Source of the DNA: a candidate division WOR-3 bacterium
GTDB taxonomy: Bacteria > Hydrothermota > Tepidihabitantia > B3-TA06
Assembly: GCA_965649265.1 (NCBI GenBank)
Contig: CBFGKC010000001.1
Coordinates: forward strand, 1-13,108
DNA: 13,108 bases
Direction: 5' to 3'
Part shown: one piece after another, positions 1 to 6,652 of the stretch
How positions within the stretch are numbered: position 1 is the stretch's first letter
How the letters are laid out: each line of letters starts with the position of its first letter
The notes under the pieces: model-generated
The model's input: the letters and a program-made list of their open reading frames with translations, nothing else
The model's database searches: none
Told to the model about the DNA's origin: nothing
Translations under genes and position numbers: made by a program

Positions 1-42
1 TTGACCCACTTTTTTTCATCGAAAATACCCTCAAAATGCCCG

Positions 43-75
43 TTTTGTCCATCTTTTGACCATCTTTTGTCCAAC
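43..75. repeat. Three tandem 11-bp direct repeats (TTTTGWCCAWC)
   Basis: TTTTGTCCATC (43-53), TTTTGACCATC (54-64), TTTTGTCCAAC (65-75), followed by a T8 tract. Confidence 0.8.
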
Positions 76-119
76 TTTTTTTTACCCCTAAAAAGTGCCT
101 CCGGCGGTTTTGTGGGGCT

Positions 120-1574
120 CTATCTTATTGTCCCCTCTTTCTTTATGTAATTGGTAAGAATGACGTTATCGAGCGTACCCGTGTCGTAGACGTTTTTTGC
201 AGATTTTAGCATCTCGTACCCGTCCCCCCCCGCCGCAAGGAAGCTGTTGGTTGCAATGCGGTAAGTCTTTGTTAAGTCGAGTCTTATACCGTTGACCGTG
301 ACATCCGCGGCTTTGCCGTCCTTAGGGGTGTATGTCACTCCTGCAAGGTGCAAGCTGCCGCCCGCCTGGCCGCCAAGCGACGCATCGTAGTCGAGCACCG
401 CCTGGAGCTCGGTTCCCGAAAGCTCCATCGTGACTATAGTGTTCTGGAACGGGATCGCCGTAAGTATATCCTTCATGGATACGTCACCTGGAAGGATATC
501 TGCACGTACTCCACCCTGGTTTGTGAAGGCAACATCGGCGTTCGTCTGGATGCGCATGAGTCCGGCCAGAAAGTCTCCCAGCGAGCGCGTACCCGCACTG
601 TCAACACCTATGCCACGCACCAGCGAGACTAAGGACGAACCTATGCGGCCCCCTATCTTTTCTTCGAGCTGGGTCGAGGCAAGCGCGATCTCTTCGGCCA
701 TTTTCGGGTCCGACAAGGTTGAATCTGAAACTTCGTGCAGTTCACCTGAGTAGCTCACGACTTTCCCTTTTTTGACGTCGAGATCTAACTTTCCTAAAAC
801 AATGCCCTTAGCACCAACCTGGACGATTAAGGCGTTACCTACTTTAGTGGGCTCCTCGAGAATGGCATGCGTGTGACCGCCGACTATCACGTCCACGCGA
901 GGTTCGGTGAGGGCAAGGAGGGAGTCCGCCTCCCAGCCCCGGTGCGAGAGAGCGATGATAAGGTCTTTATCTCCGAACTTTAGGGAGTCAAGAAGGGCGG
1001 CGAGCACCGAGTCTGCCGGAAGGAACTTGAGTCCACGCACGTTATCGGGACTGGTGGAGATTCCCGCATATTCGGTGGTCATGCCCACGATCAGGACTCG
1101 CTGGCGACCTGCTTTTTCTTCGACGAAAGCCTTGTATGGCCGCTTACCCGACGCATCCACGATATTTGCGGAGATCATGGGGAATTTCGCGACCGCCATT
1201 ACCGAGTCGAGATTGGCAGTACCGAAGTCGAACTCGTGGTTGCCAAGGCACATGGCCGTAAGCCCCATCTCGTTAAAGAGTTCCATATCGAGCCTGCCGC
1301 CCGTGATGTTGGAAAGGGGGGTCCCCTGCGTGGCGTCGCCCGCGTGCAGGAAATAAAACGTGGAGCCGGACGCCTCGGCGGATTTTCTTAGCGAATCGGC
1401 AAGGTAAGCGATTCTCGCGAATCCGCCGTAAGTTGCACCTGAGCGTGTCTTAATCGGTTCAATCTGCCCGTGGGTGTCGTTAAGGTGAATGATGGTGAAC
1501 TTTTGGTTTGCAAGCACAAGCACCGGCAAAAGCGCTAGCGCTGAGAGTGCCGCTAAAAATCTCGATTTTAACAT
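120..1574 (-). CDS. Secreted/periplasmic bifunctional 5'-nucleotidase / UDP-sugar hydrolase (metallophosphoesterase plus 5'-nucleotidase C-terminal domain)
   Basis: Motifs HLNDTH, GDATQG, GNHEFD, LSH, GGHTH; C-terminal NQGGVRA, PFQN, FLAAGGDGY. Signal peptide MLKSRFLAALSALALLPVLVLA. Start moved to ATG 1574, which has an AAGGAGG SD. Confidence 0.92.
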   Translation of the reverse strand: MLKSRFLAALSALALLPVLVLANQKFTIIHLNDTHGQIEPIKTRSGATYGGFARIAYLADSLRKSAEASGSTFYFLHAGDATQGTPLSNITGGRLDMELFNEMGLTAMCLGNHEFDFGTANLDSVMAVAKFPMISANIVDASGKRPYKAFVEEKAGRQRVLIVGMTTEYAGISTSPDNVRGLKFLPADSVLAALLDSLKFGDKDLIIALSHRGWEADSLLALTEPRVDVIVGGHTHAILEEPTKVGNALIVQVGAKGIVLGKLDLDVKKGKVVSYSGELHEVSDSTLSDPKMAEEIALASTQLEEKIGGRIGSSLVSLVRGIGVDSAGTRSLGDFLAGLMRIQTNADVAFTNQGGVRADILPGDVSMKDILTAIPFQNTIVTMELSGTELQAVLDYDASLGGQAGGSLHLAGVTYTPKDGKAADVTVNGIRLDLTKTYRIATNSFLAAGGDGYEMLKSAKNVYDTGTLDNVILTNYIKKEGTIR

Positions 1575-1597
1575 GATTCCTCCTTGATCTTTTTGGG

Positions 1598-1625
1598 ATT
1601 CTACGCAGGAAAAAGAAGGAAGCAA
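1598..1625 (-). promoter_or_regulatory. sigma70-like promoter of the nucleotidase gene
   Basis: Minus strand TTGCTT (1625-1620), 16 nt, TAGAAT (1603-1598), upstream of the SD. Confidence 0.6.
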
Positions 1626-1636
1626 GGGACGCTGCA

Positions 1637-1668
1637 CCCTCTCCCCTCGGGAGAGGGCAGGGTGAGGG
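1637..1668. repeat. REP-like GC-rich hairpin element CCCTCTCCC-CTC-GGGAGAGGG-CAGGGTGAGGG
   Basis: Perfect 9-bp inverted repeat (1637-1645/1649-1657) plus a GGGTGAGGG tail. Resembles, from recall, the widespread CCCTCACCC..CCCTCTCCC-N-GGGAGAGGG intergenic repeat family. Confidence 0.65.
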
Positions 1669-1682
1669 AACCTACAGCGCTA

Positions 1683-1710
1683 TTGACTTCTAAAAAGACA
1701 GGCTTATATT
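1683..1710 (+). promoter_or_regulatory. sigma70-like promoter of the AbiJ-like gene (leaderless or near-leaderless)
   Basis: TTGACT (1683-1688), 16 nt, TATATT (1705-1710); TATTAT at 18 nt is an alternative. ATG at 1721, no SD. Confidence 0.6.
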
Positions 1711-1720
1711 ATGTCTTAAT

Positions 1721-2584
1721 ATGTGGCAACGATTCTCCAGAAGAAAAGGATTAGTTCCGGTAAGGACAGCTCTTCAGGTTCGCTCCATGGGCGAATCTCT
1801 TAAGAACAAACTTTGGAATATTTTCTTAGTCGGTTTCTGGAACACAATAATATTGAAATCAGGCAGAAGCATAAATACTACGGACAATTTTTTTGACCTT
1901 TTGTGGCACGTTTTTTTTGAAGAACCTATAGATCAAATGCCCTCCAAATATGATGAAATACTTGCTCTTATCAGAAAAAGGTTTTTTGAATGGGAGTGGT
2001 ATGGTGTTCTTGATTTTCTTGAGTATATTTCTGAAGCCTATAGTATGTTTGATAGAGACAAAAAAGTGATCATTGATACTTTCAATGGTGTCTTTGAAGA
2101 AGAAAATGCAGGATATAGATTTGTGAATGGTGAGATCACGGAGATAACGAACCCGCACGAAATTGAAGCTATTGAAAAAACTTTTGCTGACACTAGGAAA
2201 GGAAAACTATCTGTGGTCGGCGATCACCTAGCTTCCGCGTTGACCAAGCTTTCCGACCGCAAGAACCCAGATTATCGCAACTCCATCAAGGAATCCATCT
2301 CAGCAGTTGAATCGCTCTGCAAGAAGATAACGGGAAAACCCAAGGCCACACTTGGCGAGGCGTTGAAGGCAATAGAAAAGGACGGAAGAGTCGATCTTCA
2401 TGCAGCATTAAAAAATGGTTACGAAGCGATCTACGGTTACACGAGCGATGCTGACGGCATAAGGCATGCGATGACTGAACAATCCAACTGCGACTTCGCC
2501 GACGCCAAGTACATGCTGGTCTCTTGCTCGGCCTTCATCAACTACCTCCTCGAAAAGTCCATAAAAGCCGAGATTAAATTCTAG
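1721..2584 (+). CDS. AbiJ-like protein (AbiJ_NTD4-type N-terminal domain plus HEPN-like C-terminal domain), putative abortive-infection/defence protein
   Basis: N-terminal FSRRKG..LQ..SM...LKNKLWN, EWYGVLDFLE, FNGVFEEENAGYRFVNGEI; C-terminal HL..AL..LSDRKNPDYRNSIKESISAVE and YGYTSDADGIRH, recalled as typical of this family. Confidence 0.75.
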   Translation: MWQRFSRRKGLVPVRTALQVRSMGESLKNKLWNIFLVGFWNTIILKSGRSINTTDNFFDLLWHVFFEEPIDQMPSKYDEILALIRKRFFEWEWYGVLDFLEYISEAYSMFDRDKKVIIDTFNGVFEEENAGYRFVNGEITEITNPHEIEAIEKTFADTRKGKLSVVGDHLASALTKLSDRKNPDYRNSIKESISAVESLCKKITGKPKATLGEALKAIEKDGRVDLHAALKNGYEAIYGYTSDADGIRHAMTEQSNCDFADAKYMLVSCSAFINYLLEKSIKAEIKF

Positions 2585-2610
2585 CCATCCCCTTTTTTGA
2601 TTCAACACCC

Positions 2611-3246
2611 TCAACGGTTCAAGTTGCCAACATCTCCGGTCGTCGAGTCCGGAAGGTCGGGGTTGATGACGAGCGAGGGCAGCAGGCTTGCGTCCTTGTT
2701 ATCTTTCGAGCCGAAGACGGCCCTGACAAGAAGCCCGTTGTCCCGAGCAAGGATGTAGAAGCCGTTGTTTGGAAACGTTCCGCTGATCCACGATTCGACG
2801 AGCGAGCTTACGTCTACCTCGAATACGCCCGAGAGAGGAAGCATTGCTACAGCCACTGTGTCGCGGTTTGCAAGGGGTTTCGTGAGCCACCTCGCGGTAT
2901 TCTCGTCCCAGGACCCCGCGATCCTTGAGACCTCGAGCTTACCGGGTTCGGGCGGCCCTTCGATCAGGTGAAGCCGCAGCAGCGCTTTCTTTACTATCAC
3001 AGGGGGATTGTTGAGCGTATCCAGGTCGAATTTAATGAGAATAATCTGCTGCCGCAAATCGTGAGGACGGCTCCAGTCGGCGCTGATCCGGAGTACTTCC
3101 TCGTCTCCCGACGTGAGCGCTGGAGAGGACTCGTCGACGTAGGCGTCCATAACGGCTCCAAGAGTAATCTCCATTGCTCTGACCGTGGATGACGAAGAGG
3201 AGAGAAGGACGGCGGTCAACGCCGCTGCGACCAATGAATTCTTCAA
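2611..3246 (-). CDS. Secreted DNRLRE-domain (CBM96/disaggregatase-related repeat-like) protein
   Basis: Signal peptide; motifs DAYVDE..P, LIKFDL, SWDENTARW, DVSSLVESW..G..PNNGF, FGSKD..PSLVI. TTG start preceded by AAGGAGG. Confidence 0.8.
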   Translation of the reverse strand: MKNSLVAAALTAVLLSSSSSTVRAMEITLGAVMDAYVDESSPALTSGDEEVLRISADWSRPHDLRQQIILIKFDLDTLNNPPVIVKKALLRLHLIEGPPEPGKLEVSRIAGSWDENTARWLTKPLANRDTVAVAMLPLSGVFEVDVSSLVESWISGTFPNNGFYILARDNGLLVRAVFGSKDNKDASLLPSLVINPDLPDSTTGDVGNLNR

Positions 3247-3367
3247 CTCGGTACCTCCTTAATATCGGTTTACTGTTCGAGTCCTCGCGCTCCATTCCGA
3301 GTGACGTGGTTCTTGCCGGAGAATCGTATAATGCAGAATGCGGTATCTGATCAATCCCGGCACTGTC

Positions 3368-4072
3368 CTATTTAAGTTCGTAAGTCGCTATCACGTCTAT
3401 GCCGACGGTCGTGCGCGGCAGATTGCTTTTTGCGGCCTTATCCTGGGCATTGAAGTCGAACGTGTAGGGCGGAGTGTAGGCAAGATAGTTGGCCGTGTAA
3501 GGCGTCTCACTCACCGTCATGAGTTCTCCAAGGCTCTTGCCGTAGGCGCGCGCCGCTTCACCTGCTTCCTGAGCCGCCTTCTTTAATGCCTTCTCACGCA
3601 GCTCGGCCAGATAGGGCTTAAAATCCTTGAGTGTGTAGTCGATAGCGGTCACGGTTACCTTTACCGGTGAATCGCCGGAGTACTTGTCGATTACTGCAAG
3701 CACCTTTTCCACGAGCGAAAGATCATCGAGCGCGCACCCCACGCTGTAAGAATATTTGTACTCGAACCTTTGAGAGTCGTAATTGAGCTGGCCGTAGAGT
3801 GTACCCGACCCGTTATAAATCAGGGGAATTTTTACTCCGGCCTTTGCTAGCTCGTCGCCAAGCTTGCCCAGAGCCTCGGAGGACTTCGCGGTGATGCCGC
3901 CGGTCTGGGTCGAGGTTATCTCGATCGACAGGCCTATAGTGGCGGCGTCCGGCAGCACGAGAACGGACACGTGTCCGGTTCCGGAAACTGTTTTATCTTT
4001 GAACGAGACCTCGACCCCCAGGAGGGGCATGAGCCCGGCAATCGCCAGAACAGCAAGCGTCTTTCTTGTCAT
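3368..4072 (-). CDS. SIMPL/DUF541 family exported protein
   Basis: TVSGTGHVSV..PDAATIGLSI, LREKALKKA..EA..AARAYGKSLGELMTVSE, terminal VIATYEL; signal peptide. Start moved to ATG 4072, which has an AAAGGAG SD. Confidence 0.85.
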   Translation of the reverse strand: MTRKTLAVLAIAGLMPLLGVEVSFKDKTVSGTGHVSVLVLPDAATIGLSIEITSTQTGGITAKSSEALGKLGDELAKAGVKIPLIYNGSGTLYGQLNYDSQRFEYKYSYSVGCALDDLSLVEKVLAVIDKYSGDSPVKVTVTAIDYTLKDFKPYLAELREKALKKAAQEAGEAARAYGKSLGELMTVSETPYTANYLAYTPPYTFDFNAQDKAAKSNLPRTTVGIDVIATYELK

Positions 4073-4124
4073 TGGGTAGTCTCCTTTCTTTATTTTACAA
4101 CTTCTCTTTCGATTCAACACTTTT

Positions 4125-4229
4125 AGACTCTGCGCCTACGAACAATGTCAACTCGACTTTCCTCTTTTATAGTCCTTACCTGATTAAAAGATAGGCCGTG
4201 AGACTTATTTAGAATCGAACAAGTCAACT
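4125..4229. repeat. Two imperfect 29-bp direct repeats upstream of the SIMPL gene
   Basis: AGACT-ctgcgccta-CGAACAATGTCAACT (4125-4153) and AGACT-tatttagaat-CGAACAAGTCAACT (4201-4229). Confidence 0.55.
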
Positions 4230-4248
4230 GTTCCTATTCCGATGCATC

Positions 4249-4280
4249 CCGCGCAAAAATGCCCGGGTATTTTTGCGCGG
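4249..4280. terminator. 32-bp near-perfect palindrome after the radical SAM stop codon (terminator-like or RNA-stabilising hairpin)
   Basis: CCGCGCAAAAATGCCC/GGGTATTTTTGCGCGG, one mismatch, 5 nt downstream of the stop. No U-tract on the minus strand. Confidence 0.5.
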
Positions 4281-4285
4281 TTAAT

Positions 4286-5065
4286 TTATTCCCAGTTGCC
4301 GAAAGCCGTAATGGGCACGCCCGTTTTCTTTTCCGCGCTAAAGGCAAGGTCGTCGAGTTCGTGAAGCGGAACTACATCTACCGCATTTTCGGGGATCGCA
4401 TGCTTGATCGAATAAATTTCCACTGATTTCGGTTTTATGTCTGCAACCGCCTGCTGCCACATTATTATGTCCGCCTCGTTCATGTTCCCGCGCAGTCCTC
4501 CGACGAATACCGACTGCAAATGAACCCGTGGGCCGATCTTGCGAAGCTGCTCGAAGATGTCCTCATACACCACATCCAGGGAGGGTCTGTTTATGCGGTG
4601 GAATGTGGACGGTTTACCCGTGTCGAATTTAAAAATGGGAAGATCGAAAGATTCGAGCGCGTCGAACACGTCTTTGCGTACGAGCCCTGAGCCGTTCGAC
4701 AGGAGCCCTATGGTCTTGCCTGGGTATGCCGATCGAAGAAACGAGTTGATCTTCTTGACCAGGTCGGCAAAATCGGGACGCAGGGTGGGCTCCCCGTTTC
4801 CTGATAACACGACCGTGTCGAACTCAACGCCGAAGGCTAACCGCTCCCTCAAATCGGTAATTATCTTATCAGCGCTGGGGAGATCTGAAAGATAAGGCGT
4901 CACGTCGGCCGCAATCTTGTCGGATTCCCCGAAGCGGCAGTAAAGACAATTAAACGAGCAGAGCTTGTAGCTGCCTGGCAGGGGATTGATCCAAAGCGTC
5001 TCCCCGAGTTGTGGGCTTGGTTGTGGTCCGTAAAGACACCCTCTTACCCAGGGTGTATTTTCCAT
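4286..5065 (-). CDS. Radical SAM protein, Tyw1/wyosine-synthase-like (COG0731-type) family
   Basis: CxxxCxxC motif CSFNCLYC, SGNGEPTL, LLSNGS, TFHRINRP, N-terminal YGP.PS..LG..L.IN. Start moved to ATG 5065, which has a GGAGG SD. Confidence 0.85.
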   Translation of the reverse strand: MENTPWVRGCLYGPQPSPQLGETLWINPLPGSYKLCSFNCLYCRFGESDKIAADVTPYLSDLPSADKIITDLRERLAFGVEFDTVVLSGNGEPTLRPDFADLVKKINSFLRSAYPGKTIGLLSNGSGLVRKDVFDALESFDLPIFKFDTGKPSTFHRINRPSLDVVYEDIFEQLRKIGPRVHLQSVFVGGLRGNMNEADIIMWQQAVADIKPKSVEIYSIKHAIPENAVDVVPLHELDDLAFSAEKKTGVPITAFGNWE

Positions 5066-5087
5066 GCTTTTCTCCTCCGTTTGTAAA

Positions 5088-5115
5088 ATAGTAGGCAAAG
5101 TTTTTTTAATGTCAA
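5088..5115 (-). promoter_or_regulatory. sigma70-like promoter of the radical SAM gene
   Basis: Minus strand TTGACA (5115-5110), 16 nt, TACTAT (5093-5088), just upstream of the SD. Confidence 0.7.
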
Positions 5116-5256
5116 GACTAGTCATATGAATGATTTACCGTCCGTGGTATCTTTTATTCCGTGGAAGGGGGTATTTCCGGGTTTATTCGACTTCGGGATG
5201 GTTTTGGGATAGATTATCGCTTCAGGAGCAAGCCTTCACACCTGCCGGGGGATGTA

Positions 5257-5780
5257 TCACATCCTAGCGAGATTTCCTTCCAGGTCTATGACCCTGCCCG
5301 AGCTCTTACGGAATTCTATCTCGTGGCCTTCGGCCTCGAGCTTTTCCGCCTGAGCCTGGATGCCGCCGGGGAACTTTCAATCCTCCTTTTCCCTGAAGGG
5401 AAAAGATCGGAGAATTTCCGATTATTTGCATTAAAGCGGAAGCCTTAGATTATGGTTGAGGGGTCCCCGTCGAACGCGCCTTGTCTTCTTCAGCCGCCTT
5501 GGCGACTATGTTGAGGAATATGCCTGTGGTGATCGGGCAGGCGGAGTCGGTGCAGAAGTCCTGACAGAGCTTCTGCATGATCTGGGAGACGGTCGCAAGT
5601 TTGCCCCTGGGGATTTTTCTCACTATGTCTTCGATGATCCGGGGCGTGCGACGATCATTTTGCCCGGCTTGAACGGCGGCTTGACATCTGCCGGAACGTC
5701 CACTACCTTCGGCTCGGCGGGCTTTTCGACCTTGTCCCGCCAGGGGGTGAGCGATTTAGGTTTTGGTGAGGTACGCACTC
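5257..5780 (-). pseudogene. Disrupted MGMT / alkyltransferase-like (O6-alkylguanine DNA-binding) family gene in three fragments
   Basis: Fragment 1 (~5780-5647): TPWRDKVEKPAEPKVVDVP..KPGKMIVA. After a -1 shift, fragment 2 (5647-5450): TPRIIEDIVRKIPRGKLATVSQIMQKLCQDFCTDSACPITTGIFLNIVAKAAEEDKAR..stop. Fragment 3 (5376-5257): KFPGGIQAQAEKLEAEGHEIEFRKSSGRVIDLEGNLARM*. The three are collinear with recalled family motifs (IP.GKL.T, CP.TTGIF..I.A.AAEE, KFPGG..AQ..LEAEG). The 5' boundary is approximate. Confidence 0.8.
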
Positions 5781-5997
5781 CTTGGTTTAACTGACAGCCG
5801 TATTTCCACTTCTTTCCTCCTACCTCCAAGGCTGATTCTTTGTGATTATGCCAGGCTCTATAAGCTGGTCGTCAAGCCCTTTAGGGGACGGGGTGACAGC
5901 AACAAGTTGTTAGAGCAATTGTTTATCGAAGCGCAGGCTGCAGAGGTATTATGCAGTGATTGTTGAATCCGGGAGAAGCGGACGGGAAGAAAGAAAG

Positions 5998-6537
5998 CTA
6001 TACACTTGAGGAATCACCAGGATTGTTCACGAGGCCAAGAACGACCACGTCGTGATATCCGTTGGAGTCGTAATGGGCGTCGCGTTTTAACCCCTCCCTC
6101 ACAAATCCCAGCGATTCAAGGAGAGCCAGGCTTCTCGTGTTGAAGTCGTAGACCTCTGCCTCGACGCGGTGGCAGCCGAGCGAGAAGAGATAGGCCAGGA
6201 GGAGGGACAAGGCTTCTCGGGCATAACCCTTGCCGCGTTCCGCACCAAGAGCGAACCTCAGCCACGCTGAACGTTTCTTTGCATCCATCCAGTTTATGCG
6301 TATGTAGCCTATGGCAAGATTCGCAGATTTGAGGATTATGATCAGATACAACTCGCTATCGGATTTGCGGGCACGGGTAATGTTATCAAGCTCTTCTTTG
6401 ATGGTCGAAACGGTATCCTCGTCAAGGGCCATTTTGCGAATCAGAGGATCGTTCTTCCATCCGGAGATGAACTCCGAGTCGGAGGGAACCGCAACCCTGA
6501 GAGTCACCCGCTCACCCTGGATCGGATTGTCGTCCAT
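5998..6537 (-). CDS. GNAT N-acetyltransferase, RimJ/RimL-like
   Basis: IQGERVTLR, acetyl-CoA-binding motif RGKGYAREAL, HRVEAEV..FNTRS..LLESLGFVREG..R, YHDVVVLGL. Confidence 0.9.
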   Translation of the reverse strand: MDDNPIQGERVTLRVAVPSDSEFISGWKNDPLIRKMALDEDTVSTIKEELDNITRARKSDSELYLIIILKSANLAIGYIRINWMDAKKRSAWLRFALGAERGKGYAREALSLLLAYLFSLGCHRVEAEVYDFNTRSLALLESLGFVREGLKRDAHYDSNGYHDVVVLGLVNNPGDSSSV

Positions 6538-6542
6538 ACCCG

Positions 6543-6570
6543 ATTCTAATCACGGGAGCCGTGATCGCAA
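6543..6570 (-). promoter_or_regulatory. sigma70-like promoter of the GNAT gene (leaderless), with a palindrome in the spacer
   Basis: Minus strand TTGCGA (6570-6565), 16 nt, TAGAAT (6548-6543), 5 nt before the ATG; no SD. ATCACGG-GAG-CCGTGAT at 6549-6565. Confidence 0.6.
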
Positions 6571-6616
6571 GCCGCGATGTAATCAAACGCCGCATTCCGG
6601 ACGGCACATCGAGGTG

Positions 6617-6644
6617 TTGACAACCCACTTATGCTGGCTAAACT
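6617..6644 (+). promoter_or_regulatory. sigma70-like promoter of the TPR-peptidase-accBC operon (leaderless)
   Basis: TTGACA (6617-6622), 16 nt, TAAACT (6639-6644), 8 nt before ATG 6653. Confidence 0.7.
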
Positions 6645-6652
6645 CCCGGAGA

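Noticed and set aside
43-75. CRISPR array or iterons
   Set aside because: Units are 11 bp with no spacers, and there is no cas or rep gene in the window.
1888-1918. T7/T8 tracts in the AbiJ-like gene as phase-variation switches
   Set aside because: Short tracts are expected in AT-rich, Phe-rich coding sequence and the frame is intact.
5126-5256. Possible ncRNA or riboswitch between the pseudogene and the radical SAM gene
   Set aside because: It lies upstream of the predicted radical SAM promoter and I found no recognisable aptamer or strong structure; an Rfam scan would be needed.
5420-5477. tmRNA look-alike on the minus strand (GTTCGACGGGG and GCAAATAAT)
   Set aside because: No GGGGC 5' end, no tag peptide ending in AA-stop and no tRNA-like 3' end.
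5639-5655. Programmed -1 ribosomal frameshift in the MGMT-like gene
   Set aside because: No X-XXY-YYZ slippery heptamer at the shift, and the gene has further lesions downstream.
5161-5794. Plus-strand ORFs 5161-5448 and 5456-5794 as genes
   Set aside because: They are antisense shadows of the MGMT-like fragments and show no recognisable motifs.
5895-5916. Integron attC-like half site (CTCTAACAACTTGTTGC, minus strand) downstream of the GNAT
   Set aside because: No matching GTTRRRY core or extended palindrome, no integrase and no repeated sites between other genes.
6311-6652. N-terminal extension of the TPR ORF, and similar extensions at 1575-1637, 4073-4120 and 5066-5125
   Set aside because: They overlap promoters or the antisense GNAT gene; the downstream starts have better SD or promoter support.
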